From Bdellovibrionales bacterium (lineage in GTDB: Bacteria; Bdellovibrionota; Bdellovibrionia; Bdellovibrionales; UBA1609): a DNA stretch of 47,197 nucleotides. How positions within the stretch are numbered: the first letter of the stretch is position 1; each line of letters begins with the position of its first letter. Position numbers and translations under genes: made by a program. Location: assembly GCA_041690295.1 (NCBI GenBank), contig JAWLHR010000022.1, positions 1 to 47,197 of the forward strand, read 5' to 3'. Below are positions 8,870 through 19,800 of this stretch, one piece after another. The notes under the pieces are model-generated. The model worked only from the letters and a program-made list of their open reading frames with translations. It ran no database searches and was not told the DNA's origin.

Positions 8870-9637
8870 TTACTTTCTTGCCACTATGGTTTGATGCCAG
8901 CTCTTCTTGCGATCAAAAGCTTCACCGTGGAGCAATCCCCATGTCGTTTCGATTGTAAAACCGGCCTTTCTTAATAAGGCCTTCAATTGTGGGTTTGTGT
9001 AGACATTTTGATGAAATTTCAATCGGTGGATTTTGGCTTTTGATTTCCGTGCATCAACGATCGTCCACTCGGCTTGAGTTTGAGCTTTCTTCTCATCGAA
9101 CTTCGCCGAATCGATCATGAACACCTTCTTTATGGGTTCACGCCCCATTGATATGGGGTTTTTAAGTCGCTTCTTTACGCCCTCGCCGTTTAGCGTGTTC
9201 AGCACGAACTTTCCACCGGGCTTTAAAACTCGATGAACTTCTTGAAGCATTCGGAAATCATCTTTTCGGCTCTTGAAATAACCAAAGCTATTATAAAGCG
9301 AGACCACCAGGTCAAAGTTCTCAGACGCAAAGTGGGGACGGAGATTCTTCATGTCTCCCTTCACGAATTGAACTTTAACTTTCTCTTGTGAAGCCGACCT
9401 TTTGGCTGACGCGATATAGGGCTTTGAATAATCGAGACCAGTGACCTCAAAGCCCTTTTTTGCAAACTCAATCGAATGTCGGCCAATTCCACAGGCGAGA
9501 TCCAATACTCGAGCCCGCTTTGGGGTTTTTGTCCGTTTGATGACCTGCTCGACTTCGTTTTTGGAAACCTTGGCCTTCGGGGTGAACATGATTTCACCCG
9601 CCAGTGGTCCAAAAAAGTCTTTCCACCACTCCTTCAA
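8870..9637 (-). CDS. Class I SAM-dependent methyltransferase
   Basis: VLDLACGIGRH motif I, VLKPGG; TTG start chosen from SD AGGAGG (ORF track start is 9670). Confidence 0.85.
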   Translation of the reverse strand: MKEWWKDFFGPLAGEIMFTPKAKVSKNEVEQVIKRTKTPKRARVLDLACGIGRHSIEFAKKGFEVTGLDYSKPYIASAKRSASQEKVKVQFVKGDMKNLRPHFASENFDLVVSLYNSFGYFKSRKDDFRMLQEVHRVLKPGGKFVLNTLNGEGVKKRLKNPISMGREPIKKVFMIDSAKFDEKKAQTQAEWTIVDARKSKAKIHRLKFHQNVYTNPQLKALLRKAGFTIETTWGLLHGEAFDRKKSWHQTIVARK

Positions 9638-9789
9638 TGCACCCCTCCTACGCATTATCCTAGGCACCACTTTCCGCTAAAACAAAGCTAGATCGCAATG
9701 GTGATTTCCCGCGCCATAATCGTTCGGCCGAAAATTTGCTTCGAGAGTTTTATTAATATACTTTGGCACCTGCTTTAAGGAGGCTCGCG

Positions 9790-10242
9790 ATGGAATACTT
9801 GCACACCATGGTTCGGGTGACAGATCTGGAAGAGTCGCTACGTTTTTATTGCGATATCTTGGGGTTTGTTGAAATCAAGCGGGATGAAAATCCCCAAGGC
9901 CGATTCACTTTAGTTTTCTTGGCGGCGCCCGGGGATGTGAATCGAGCGCGTGAAACAATGTCTCCGTGTTTAGAACTCACTTATAACTGGCCCATTGACG
10001 GTAAAGTTGAGCAGTACACCGTGGGCCGTAACTTCGGTCACATCGCCTTCCGCGTGCAAAACATTTATGAACTTTGCCAGCGTTTGGTGGATAAGGGAGT
10101 CACTATCAATCGTCCGCCCCGTGACGGTCGCATGGCGTTCATCCGTTCACCTGACAACATTTCCATCGAGTTCTTACAAGCCGGCGAAGCCCTTCCCCCA
10201 CAAGAACCGTGGGTGAGTATGCCGAACCAGGGGACTTGGTAA
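9790..10242 (+). CDS. gloA: Lactoylglutathione lyase (glyoxalase I, VOC family)
   Basis: YLHTMVRV...ELTYNW...FGHIAF...[24 protein letters not shown] before ATG 9790. Confidence 0.9.
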   Translation: MEYLHTMVRVTDLEESLRFYCDILGFVEIKRDENPQGRFTLVFLAAPGDVNRARETMSPCLELTYNWPIDGKVEQYTVGRNFGHIAFRVQNIYELCQRLVDKGVTINRPPRDGRMAFIRSPDNISIEFLQAGEALPPQEPWVSMPNQGTW

Positions 10243-10270
10243 AGAAAGAAGAATAGGAGATTGAATCGAA

Positions 10271-10537
10271 ATGATCTGGTTATATAGCGCTATATTTTGG
10301 TTCTTTTTTGCACTCATGAATCACACGCCCGCCAACGAACCTGAAATGAATTACGCCGTAAAGATATGTAATCCAGTTTCCCTTTCATGCACAATTTTCG
10401 CAAAATTTCTACTTAAAGATGACTGTGAGTATCTTGCTGAAAAAAGACAAAAAGATGAGGACACTAAATCTCAAGAGTGGAAAAGAAAAGGAAAGGACGT
10501 GAAACCTTATAAGGTCAGATGTGAGGCTATTCGTTAA
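10271..10537 (+). CDS. Small hypothetical secreted/membrane protein
   Basis: SD AGGAG; hydrophobic N-terminus; four Cys. Confidence 0.5.
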   Translation: MIWLYSAIFWFFFALMNHTPANEPEMNYAVKICNPVSLSCTIFAKFLLKDDCEYLAEKRQKDEDTKSQEWKRKGKDVKPYKVRCEAIR

Positions 10538-10619
10538 GACATTCCGGCACAAGTTCCCATTACCTGGTGTCCTTCATAGACCTGGTATCGGTATTCGTGA
10601 CAACCGCGTAGGATGGCAT

Positions 10620-10991
10620 ATGACTAAATGTACATTCAGTGCGAAAGTGTGGAAATACCGTGGTCCCTCGGCATGGTATTTTGTTACATTACCCAAATCG
10701 CTTTCCAGAAGAATCCGAGCTCATCACGGGATGTCAGAGGAAGGTTGGGGGCGACTGAAAACGACCGCCGCCATTGGTAAGTCAAAGTGGAAAACAGCAA
10801 TCTGGTTTGACACGAAAGCGAAGTCCTATCTTCTCCCGATTAAATCGTCGATCCGAAAGAAAGAGAAAATCGAAGCTGGCACAAAGATAGAAGCACGACT
10901 GCAATTTGAGATCGACAAAGGTATTAGGCTCTTCCGGCAAAGCGAGCGTCACGATGGCAAATCGCCAAGCATCCGCTTTGCGCGACCTTAA
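10620..10991 (+). CDS. DUF1905 domain protein
   Basis: FSAKVWKY-G-SAWYFVTLP...GWGRL...WKTAIW...YLLPIKSSIRK pattern. Confidence 0.8.
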   Translation: MTKCTFSAKVWKYRGPSAWYFVTLPKSLSRRIRAHHGMSEEGWGRLKTTAAIGKSKWKTAIWFDTKAKSYLLPIKSSIRKKEKIEAGTKIEARLQFEIDKGIRLFRQSERHDGKSPSIRFARP

Positions 10992-11606
10992 TCATATTTG
11001 ACTCGGTGTTTTTGGCTTCAGGATAAATGGAGATGTCCGGCGAATCACGTCGTCTTCGAGGATGTCATCAACAATTCGGCGCAGACGCAGCCGCTCCAAC
11101 GGAACAAGATCGTAGTATCCGATGTGCTCCCACGCGCAAACAAGGTGAAATTCCAAATAGCCGGGCCGGCCGGTATTGAAAAGCTCGGCTTTCGATTCAA
11201 GCCAGTCGAGACCGCTTTGGATGGTTTCAAGGGCATCATCGAAAAAGCGGTACCGCTCCGTGGGAACACCGGTTCGCCGGCCCAAAACCACTTTCACCTC
11301 TTCCGCCATGATTCCATTCAGAACGGCACGTGCATTAAGACGGCGAATATCCCGAGTGCCCACCTCGTAACGGTCCGAAGGATCGAATTTGCGAACTATA
11401 TAACTCGCGATATGGTCGGACTCGATCAGCCACTTGTCCCGGTCGATGAGCACAGGCACTTTCATCAGTGGATTGCCGCCGAAAGTTGCGACATCCCCTT
11501 CGGCCACGTTCCCCACGTCAATGAATTCGTATTCAATGCCGTAAAGATCGAGAAGCAGGCGGACTTTTCGTGAAAAGTGAGAAATCGGGGTTGCATAAAG
11601 TTTCAT
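10992..11606 (-). CDS. Glutathione S-transferase family protein
   Basis: SHFSRKVR...NPLMKVPVL...IESDHIASY N-terminal domain motifs. Confidence 0.9.
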   Translation of the reverse strand: MKLYATPISHFSRKVRLLLDLYGIEYEFIDVGNVAEGDVATFGGNPLMKVPVLIDRDKWLIESDHIASYIVRKFDPSDRYEVGTRDIRRLNARAVLNGIMAEEVKVVLGRRTGVPTERYRFFDDALETIQSGLDWLESKAELFNTGRPGYLEFHLVCAWEHIGYYDLVPLERLRLRRIVDDILEDDVIRRTSPFILKPKTPSQI

Positions 11607-11746
11607 GCGAAAACCTCCTAGAGCACTGACCTATGCGAAGGGCAATTAACTCGACGTCCTGGCTCATTCGAAATCCCTGTTATCAAACTCGATCTAATCG
11701 TAAGACACTTCTTATCGAACCCTACGTCCGCCAGCCAATATTTACT

Positions 11747-12148
11747 TCACTGATTTTCGAGTATGTCCTTTAAACGGGCAAACTCCTTGTCCATGTCTTT
11801 CATGGCTTTATCAAAGTCCTCATCGCTCATTTGAGGCGGCTGAAATAAGGTCATCAAGAATGTGGAACCTGTTCCGTTCGGAATTGCGCGAGCTGGCACA
11901 GTCCACTGTGCCTGCGGGTCCTGCCAAGTGTGATCCAGAAGGCCTTTCTCGGAATCGAGATGGAGTTTAATCTTACCTTCGCCAAATTTCGTGATGGTAT
12001 CGTACCAACCGTCACCTCTTTTTTTCACTGACTTCATGTTCGCAATTGCCCACAATGGCCAATTCTCCCCGTCAGCTAAAAACTCAAATAACTTCCTTAC
12101 AGGAACATTAATATCCACGCTCTTTGTTACTGATCTCGTAATTCCCAT
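11747..12148 (-). CDS. SRPBCC (polyketide cyclase/START-like) family protein
   Basis: SVDINVPVRKLFEFLADGENWPLWA motif; SD GGAG. Confidence 0.8.
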   Translation of the reverse strand: MGITRSVTKSVDINVPVRKLFEFLADGENWPLWAIANMKSVKKRGDGWYDTITKFGEGKIKLHLDSEKGLLDHTWQDPQAQWTVPARAIPNGTGSTFLMTLFQPPQMSDEDFDKAMKDMDKEFARLKDILENQ

Positions 12149-12167
12149 TGACAACTCCTATGTGAAC

Positions 12168-12197
12168 TAAATATAGTTTACTAGGAAACTATATTTA
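12168..12197. promoter_or_regulatory. Palindromic operator, likely MarR site
   Basis: TAAATATAGTTT-ACTAGG-AAACTATATTTA between divergent SRPBCC and marR genes. Confidence 0.75.
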
Positions 12198-12212
12198 AGC
12201 AAAGGTAATTTC

Positions 12213-12668
12213 GTGCCTTCAGATGTAAGTACCCTAGAGTCTCATCTCGGCTATTGGCTTCGTTTGGTTTCGAATCAGGTCTCTCTGTCCTTTGGAAAAA
12301 GAGTTCAAGAAGAAGGCGTTACCGTCGCCGAGTGGGTTATTTTGCGGTACCTCTTTGATCATAATGATGCTCAAGCCACTGATTGCGCCAAATCCCTCGG
12401 ATTGACCAAAGGAGCTATTTCTAAACTGATTGCGAGACTTGAGGAAAAGAATTTGGTTATACGTAAGCGCTCGAAGGTTGATGCGAGAAGCGAGGTGCTC
12501 AATCTCACTAAGCAGGGGCAAAACCTCGTGCCACGACTGGCATCAATAGCGGATAAGAACGACTATGAATTTTTCAAATGCCTCTCAAAATCCGAAGCAC
12601 AGACACTCTTTTACTTAATGAAGAAAATTGCGGAGTTTAACCAGATAAAATCGGCGCCAACAAATTGA
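12213..12668 (+). CDS. MarR family transcriptional regulator
   Basis: GVTVAEWVIL...LGLTKGAISKLIARLEEKNLV...DAR...LTKQG. Confidence 0.9.
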   Translation: MPSDVSTLESHLGYWLRLVSNQVSLSFGKRVQEEGVTVAEWVILRYLFDHNDAQATDCAKSLGLTKGAISKLIARLEEKNLVIRKRSKVDARSEVLNLTKQGQNLVPRLASIADKNDYEFFKCLSKSEAQTLFYLMKKIAEFNQIKSAPTN

Positions 12669-12682
12669 GCCCGATATAACGT

Positions 12683-12973
12683 TCAAGAACGCGGGCTGCG
12701 GCCACCATTGGCCATGAGCCCTTCTTTACCGCTGGCCAAAAAATTCTCGCGCCACTCGTAGTAAAGAGAGGGGCTAACGTTGTTGAGCTTGCAAAGAGTG
12801 GTGACTGGGATTTTCCCGTGAAGGCCATTTAAGACTAACTGCACCTTTTCCTCGGCTCGCCAGTAGTCTTCCAGATGCCTCCTCACCACATAGGATTGGT
12901 AATCGATCGTAGGTTGGCCTTTCGCCATTTCCTTCTCCATTGAATGACTCCATATATCGAATTTTAGGTTCAA
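12683..12973 (-). CDS. Orphan IS3-type OrfA-like HTH protein (transposase N-terminal domain only)
   Basis: EEKVQLVL-GL-G---VTTLCK---VSPSLYYEWR-NFL--GKEGL resembles HTH_Tnp_1; no OrfB/DDE gene follows. Confidence 0.6.
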   Translation of the reverse strand: MNLKFDIWSHSMEKEMAKGQPTIDYQSYVVRRHLEDYWRAEEKVQLVLNGLHGKIPVTTLCKLNNVSPSLYYEWRENFLASGKEGLMANGGRSPRS

Positions 12974-13145
12974 GGGTTCGGGACATTGAGGTCGCCAGGT
13001 CTCCGGATTAACCTGTCAACGAGTTATCGGGGAGCAGTATAGAAGCGGGCTTTCGGCGTTAAGAGCTTTAAATCTTATAGACTTAGATACCTAAATGCTT
13101 GTGCTTAGTTGATTTTTGACAATGACCCACCACGAACCGAAGAGA

Positions 13146-13171
13146 ACCCGACCTTCTTGCTAAAATCGGGT
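13146..13171 (-). terminator. Hairpin downstream of tmRNA
   Basis: Minus-strand ACCCGA...TCGGGT stem followed by TCTCTT. Confidence 0.5.
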
Positions 13172-13182
13172 CAAAACAAAAC

Positions 13183-13535
<353 letters not shown>

Positions 13536-13645
13536 GAAACTTTCCTAATATACACCATTCCCGACTCGAATATAATCCCCCGCCCTGGCTTACGGCGTTT
13601 TTCTGGCACCCCGCTTGCTTAACGCCGAAATTGTCGAGCTGAACT

Positions 13646-15658
13646 ATGGCTTTATTGAGATCCGCTAGAATTTTTATATGGCTTCAAGTCATCTTCTTCA
13701 GCGTCGCCTTTTTGTGGACACAAGACGGCCGCGCCCAAAAGCCTTATCGGCCTCAGTTCTTGTTTCTAGGGCCTCTAAACGAGGCCATTGAACTACGTGG
13801 AGATTACAGATTTGCTTTCGAATCGTTTCTGAAGAACCCGAATGACCCCGAAGCTTTCGATCAGCTCGAACTTGCGGTCCGCTACCTTTTCAGACTTGCT
13901 CGTCTGGCCAAAGAAATCGAGCCCCCCAATTTTCGCCCTATGGTCGCGAAAACGCTGGAAGACCTGCTGGAAACCAATAGCCAAGTTTACCACTGGTTGG
14001 AGCATTTCGCGGAAAAAAAGGAAAAACGCGCGTATAGGTTGTTAGGTGCTTTTGTCGATTCCGGCATTCCAGCACGAAAATCGAATGGTGAACCAATTCA
14101 GCCTGCTGACGCTGAAAAGTGGTACGTCGCCGCGGCGGAAGCTGAGGACTTGAAAGCACTAGAAATTCTTATCGATCGCACTAAGGATGATCGAGCGCAG
14201 ATTCAATTGCTAAGAAAGTATTTTTCGGCTTTGTTAAAGCCAGAAAATGCCGATGATCGGCTATTTCAATGGCCATTTTGGCACGCCAGTAAGCCTCCCC
14301 AGGACCCCGATATTTTAAAAGAGCATTTATCTCTCACACATGACGTCGCCGCATATCGCATGTCCAACGTTTATATTGAATCACGCCCTTTGGTTATGTG
14401 CGCGCAAGAAACATTCACGCCAAAGATGAAAAAATTCTGTCAGGTATTGAAAGACTTGAGCGCGGCCAATCAAAATCGTTTCCGGGCCGGCTTTCGGTTC
14501 GGTAAGGGCCTGAATAACAATGAGCGCCGTCAAATTTTGGAGGACCTCGATTTTTTGGCCAAAATCGGGCCCTTAAAGAATGCGAAAGAGATTGCGCGTT
14601 TAATGGGAGTTGAAAGCCATCTCAATCGCGACGGCACATTGGACAGCATGCACATCGTATCGTGGATAGTGAACTCAATTACTCTACTTGAGAAGGCTCC
14701 AGCCTCAGGTACTTTTCGACAATGTGTACTCTATCCTTTCTTTTCGAAATACTTACTAATGCTCTCCGATTGTTCCACAACCAAATGGGACAAAAAAGAA
14801 GTAATTGCTTGGGCTGAGCCTTACCGGGATCATCACTTTCAAATTTTAGATGGTGAGATCGCCTATAATCATGACATTGGTCAGGGCCTGGTGGTGCTCA
14901 ATGCTTTCCCCGTGATCAATGACCAGACTTCTGACAATCGCCAGTTGATTCAGAAAATTTTTCGACTTGCCGTACTCATTCACGAAGTGGCCCATTTGCG
15001 CATTCCTATGAGCGGACACTACTACATGCCCACGTCGTTTCATAAAGGGCAGCACGACGCGGCCGACTTTATCTCGAACGGCCCCTACGCGATTGAAGCT
15101 GAGTTTGTCAGACTTATGAGGATCAATTGTCGAATCTGCAGTCATAGGGATCTGGCAAAGCTGATGTCAATTGAGGCCAATGGACTTTCGTACAACCGTC
15201 TGATCATCGAAAAGCCGGTTTACATTGGCGATATTCTTCCAGAGGCGAAGCCAACTTTGACTCAATTTCTGCCAACATTGGAGTGGGTTAAAACAATGGC
15301 TGATCATGCTCGTTTTGAATCTCAATATTGTGTTGGTCGGAAATGCTCTCGCGAATTTCTCCAGCGAACGCGATCAAAGGAGGTCTTTTGGCGCCGAGCT
15401 GAACAGCGACTTGCGACTTTACTGAAAGATGTTCAACCGCCTCTCCGCTTCCCTGTCATAGGCGACCTCACATTTCCTGAAGAATATGAAGTTTTTGGTT
15501 TCGCCCGTAACGCCGACGTTCGTAAGTGGCTCGATGCCGCTCTGGCAAGCCCGCACCTTAACTACAACGTTCCGTTGCAACGCTGGTATCCTTGCAAGGA
15601 GTTCAAAAAACAATTCCGACTGGACGCGAGCGCTGAAAGAGATCTTCAATGCGAATGA
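13646..15658 (+). CDS. Secreted hypothetical protein with HExxH zincin motif and Sel1-like segment
   Basis: N-terminal signal; AEKWYVAAAEAED (Sel1-like); VLIHEVAHL. Confidence 0.6.
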   Translation: MALLRSARIFIWLQVIFFSVAFLWTQDGRAQKPYRPQFLFLGPLNEAIELRGDYRFAFESFLKNPNDPEAFDQLELAVRYLFRLARLAKEIEPPNFRPMVAKTLEDLLETNSQVYHWLEHFAEKKEKRAYRLLGAFVDSGIPARKSNGEPIQPADAEKWYVAAAEAEDLKALEILIDRTKDDRAQIQLLRKYFSALLKPENADDRLFQWPFWHASKPPQDPDILKEHLSLTHDVAAYRMSNVYIESRPLVMCAQETFTPKMKKFCQVLKDLSAANQNRFRAGFRFGKGLNNNERRQILEDLDFLAKIGPLKNAKEIARLMGVESHLNRDGTLDSMHIVSWIVNSITLLEKAPASGTFRQCVLYPFFSKYLLMLSDCSTTKWDKKEVIAWAEPYRDHHFQILDGEIAYNHDIGQGLVVLNAFPVINDQTSDNRQLIQKIFRLAVLIHEVAHLRIPMSGHYYMPTSFHKGQHDAADFISNGPYAIEAEFVRLMRINCRICSHRDLAKLMSIEANGLSYNRLIIEKPVYIGDILPEAKPTLTQFLPTLEWVKTMADHARFESQYCVGRKCSREFLQRTRSKEVFWRRAEQRLATLLKDVQPPLRFPVIGDLTFPEEYEVFGFARNADVRKWLDAALASPHLNYNVPLQRWYPCKEFKKQFRLDASAERDLQCE

Positions 15659-15909
15659 AATTCATAAGAGCTCGAGTCTAGCTCGAGCCCGCTTCTCTTA
15701 ATTGCAGGAGATATCAACATTGTCGATGACGGAGCCCGTGGTGTCGTAGATCATGCCTTTGAGTTTGCCGTCGCCCAAAAACTCCAGACTCAATTTTTGC
15801 CGGAAAGGATTCCATTCTGCGCAATTTAAAGGAAAACATCGACATTATTTCCAAATCCAAAGAAGAAGGCGCCTATGTGATGAACCTGGATTTTTACAAA
15901 CTGCTGGGT

Positions 15910-16773
15910 TCAGTAAATCGATAACATTTCACCCAATCGGTGAGCGTCGAACGGCGCACGGACTTTGACGTCATTATCGAAATACACAAAAACATCTTTT
16001 TTTCCAGGCACAGGGCCGTCGTCACTCAAGGTGAGTGCGTCTTTCGGTTGTGATCCTTTACGCCATTTTCGAATTCGGTCCGCCCACCAACGTAATGTCT
16101 CATCGTCATAGCCGCTCTTATAAAGCTCCTTATCTCCGTGTAAACGAAGATAGATGAAATCACTTGTTACATCTTCGATGTAAGGCCATCGGCCGGCGGT
16201 GTCGGCGAAGACGAGAGCCACGTTATATTTTCGTAGCAACTCAATAAAATCCGGATTTTCGAAAGTATGATTACGGATCTCAAGAGCGTGCCTTAAAGGC
16301 ACATGCGATCCGGGCGCATTATCAGGAAAGTCGGCCTCACGGCGATCCGCATGCTTCGCAACGCTCACGGCCTCGTCCACGGTGCGCGGTAAACAGCGGA
16401 AAAAATGCTCCAATCGGTCTTCGTCATACAAGAAGTTCGGCGGCAATTGCCAAAGGAACGGTCCAAGCTTTTCGCGCAAATGCAAAACCCCTGAGGCAAA
16501 GAAATTTCCCAGTGGCTTTTCCGGATCACGAAGACGCCGAATATGGGTGAGAAAGCGATTTCCCTTCACGGCGAACTGAAAATCCGCCGGCGTTTGCTGA
16601 TACCAGGCCTTATAACTTTTTGGTGACTGCAAAGAATAAAAAGAACCGTTGATTTCGATGGAGTTCAATTGATGGCTGGCGTAGTACAGTTCCTTGTGTT
16701 GAGCCAAATCCTTCGGGTAAAAAACGCCCCGCCATCCCGAATACCTCCAACCTGAAATCCCAATTCGAATCAT
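15910..16773 (-). CDS. DUF72 domain protein
   Basis: IRIGISGWRY...SIEINGSFYSL...YLRLHG...VYFDND. Confidence 0.9.
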   Translation of the reverse strand: MIRIGISGWRYSGWRGVFYPKDLAQHKELYYASHQLNSIEINGSFYSLQSPKSYKAWYQQTPADFQFAVKGNRFLTHIRRLRDPEKPLGNFFASGVLHLREKLGPFLWQLPPNFLYDEDRLEHFFRCLPRTVDEAVSVAKHADRREADFPDNAPGSHVPLRHALEIRNHTFENPDFIELLRKYNVALVFADTAGRWPYIEDVTSDFIYLRLHGDKELYKSGYDDETLRWWADRIRKWRKGSQPKDALTLSDDGPVPGKKDVFVYFDNDVKVRAPFDAHRLGEMLSIY

Positions 16774-16881
16774 TTCCACTCCGCCTGACGTTGAGACAGG
16801 CCGTTGATTTTTATCCAATTCTCGGGCCAGATTGAGACAACGGACTTCAGTTGGGTCTAAGATACTCCGATCTCATAACTT

Positions 16882-19800
16882 GTGGAACGTATTCGAGAAG
16901 TCCGCTCGGGTTCAAATAGAAGTAAACCCTTTTTGGGACAATTTGGACCAGCTTTTGTACTGCTGATATGTTTGCTCCCGTTGGAGGCGCGCGCCGCCAA
17001 CGTTCCCTCGAATTTTACCATTGAAGGCCGACTCTACGACAATTCCACCGGCCAACCTTATAACGATTTCGTCGACATCAAGCTGGAAATCGTCGAACAG
17101 GGCAAAACTTGCGTGTTCTACCGTGAGACACATGAAAATGTGGATCTCACCTCAAGCGAAACGGATCTGCAAGGCCGATTTTCGCTCATGCTTGGCGCGG
17201 GGACTTCGTCGTCGGGTCAGATCCTTACGGCCTTCGGTGTGAACCCCAGTTTTAAAGATAGCGACGACAACAATGTCTCCGATTCCAATGGCGATTGTGC
17301 CAGCGCGCCCACAGCCGGCAGCAATCGCGCGGTCCGGATTTGGGTCAAAAAAACCACCGACACGACCTTCAATAAGCTCTCGCCGGACACCATTCTCACG
17401 TCAACCCCCACATCCATCGTGGCCGAATATCTTCAGGGCAAGTCCCCGTCGGATTTCGTACAGGTCAAAGCCGACGCCTCGACTGATCTTACGCAAGCCA
17501 ACTTGGAAAATGTGTTCTCCTCCACGAATTACCCCAAACTTCAAGACTTGTTGGCCAACACTTTTTCCTCGGATTTTTCTTTAAACAACCAAAGGCTCAC
17601 GAATGTGGCCGCTCCAACGGCCGCGACCGACGCTGTCAATCGTAATTGGGTAGACACCCACCTCGGTGACAAGGCCGCCGATCTTTCCGGAGTTAACGCG
17701 GGAACCAACGACGGACACACGATCATCTGGGATGCGGCCAATAACCGATGGACAACGGGAGCGGTCTCGGCCACGGACAACACCAAGCTTCCTCTCACCG
17801 GCGGAGTCATGCAAGGTCCGGTGACTTTCAACGGACACGACATCTACAACACGGGCCACATCACGATGGGCAATCAAACACTTTTGATGTTGGGCCGTTT
17901 TAGTAATGCGCAAGAAACGGCATTGGCGCTTGGCGCGGCCGATAAAGGTCGCATTCTCTTTAACACCGATCAGAATAAAATTCGTGTTTGGGATGGCTTC
18001 GGTTTTGTCGATGTCGGCTCAGGCGTCACCGATCTCACCGCGGGAACCGGAATTAATCTGACAGGCTCGGGAAACATCACGGTCTCGGTCGATGTGGGAA
18101 CTGGCGCCAATCAAATTCCCCAACTGAACGCGAACGGTCAACTCGGGATTGGCACAAGCGCGGTCACGAACGGCGCGGTCCTTGACCTTTGGGGCACGAC
18201 TCAAAACACAAGTTCATTGATCGTCCCCCGTGCCGATACGGCCAACCGGCCCACAAGCCCGGTGGACGGAATGATTCGTTACAACACTTCTCTTGCGAAA
18301 TTCGAGGTCTTTGAGGACGGTTCATGGAGGGACATGATCAGCTCCGCGAGCGGCGACGACCTCGGCAACCATATGGCCACATCGAACATTCGACTCAATG
18401 GCCAATGGCTCAGCGGTGATGGAGACAATGAAGGTCTCTACGTCGATAATTCAGGCAATATTGGAGCGGGCATCAATACGCCCCAAAGGCCACTGCATGT
18501 CGATGGCGTTATGCGATTGGAACCGACCACGCTTCCCGCCGGTAACGCGGGCGATTTGGCCATCGATTCCGCCAATGGCAATACATTGAACTTTCACAAC
18601 GGAACCAGTTGGCAAACCGTGGGGACCGGTAATGGTACCGTCACCTCAGTCGAATTATTGGTTCCTTCGATCATGAGTGTGACAGGAAGCCCGGTGACCT
18701 CAAGTGGGACCATCTCCCTTGGACTTCAGAACCAATCGGCTAACCTTGTCTTTGCCGGACCGACATCGGGTGGACCAGGCCAACCAAGTTTTCGCACTTT
18801 AGTGGCCAGCGATATTCCCAGTCTCGATGCCGCGAAAATCGGAAGTGGAACTTTACCGATCGCGCGCGGAGGAACGGGTCGTACAACCTACGACAACAAT
18901 GCTTTGCTCACCACTGATGGAAGCGGAAATATCACAGCAGGTGTGACTTGTACGACACCTGGATATGTCATGCAATGGAACGGTTCCGATTGGGAATGCG
19001 CGCCCGCCGCTTCCGGAACAGTGACCTCGGTGGACCTGTCGGTTCCATCCATTATGAGCGTGTCGGGAAGCCCGGTGACCTCAAGCGGAACCATCTCCTT
19101 GGGACTTCAAAACCAATCGGCCAACCTTGTCTTTGCCGGACCGCCATCGGGTGGAGCGAATCAGCCAAGTTTTCGTTCTTTAGTGGCTAATGATATTCCC
19201 AGTCTCGATGCCGCGAAAATCGGAAGTGGAACTTTACCGATCGCGCGCGGAGGAACAGGTCGCGCAACCTACAACAACAATGCAATACTCACAACGGATG
19301 GAAGTGGAAACATCGGAGCGGGTGTGACCTGTACGACACCTGGATATGTCATGCAATGGAACGGTTCCTCTTGGGCGTGCGCGTCCGTATCCGGCTCCGG
19401 CGACAACCTGGGTAATCACACGGCCACGCAACATCTTGCCATGAACGGTAAATTTGTAAGTTATGACGGCTCACCAAAGGGTTTGTATATCGATTCCGGC
19501 GGATTCGTCGGAGTTAACACCACAAACGCGGAAGCTGAATTGACCGTATACGGATCCGATCACAATGTCTCGATAAAGGTTATCAACGCCAATTCTTCTT
19601 CGCAGTCTTGGTATCCTCAGATCTCCGGCATAAACTACATGGGCTCGAAAGCGCCGGACGGTTCACCCCAGCTGACCGTCTACAATTCACGCGGAACCTT
19701 TTCTTCGCCTGCGAGCCTCGCTTCCGGCGACGAACTCGGAATTTTTGCTTTTCAAGGACAAAAGGAAAGTGGCGTTCCCATGGAGACCGGCTGGGGTAAC

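Noticed and set aside
15660..15925. Two start-less protein-like frames (minus ...GMIYDTTGSVIDNVDISCN*, plus ...ENIDIISKSKEEGAYVMNLDFYKLLGSVNR*) suggesting a deletion scar
   Set aside because: No convincing start/RBS or homology can be established by eye; not supportable.
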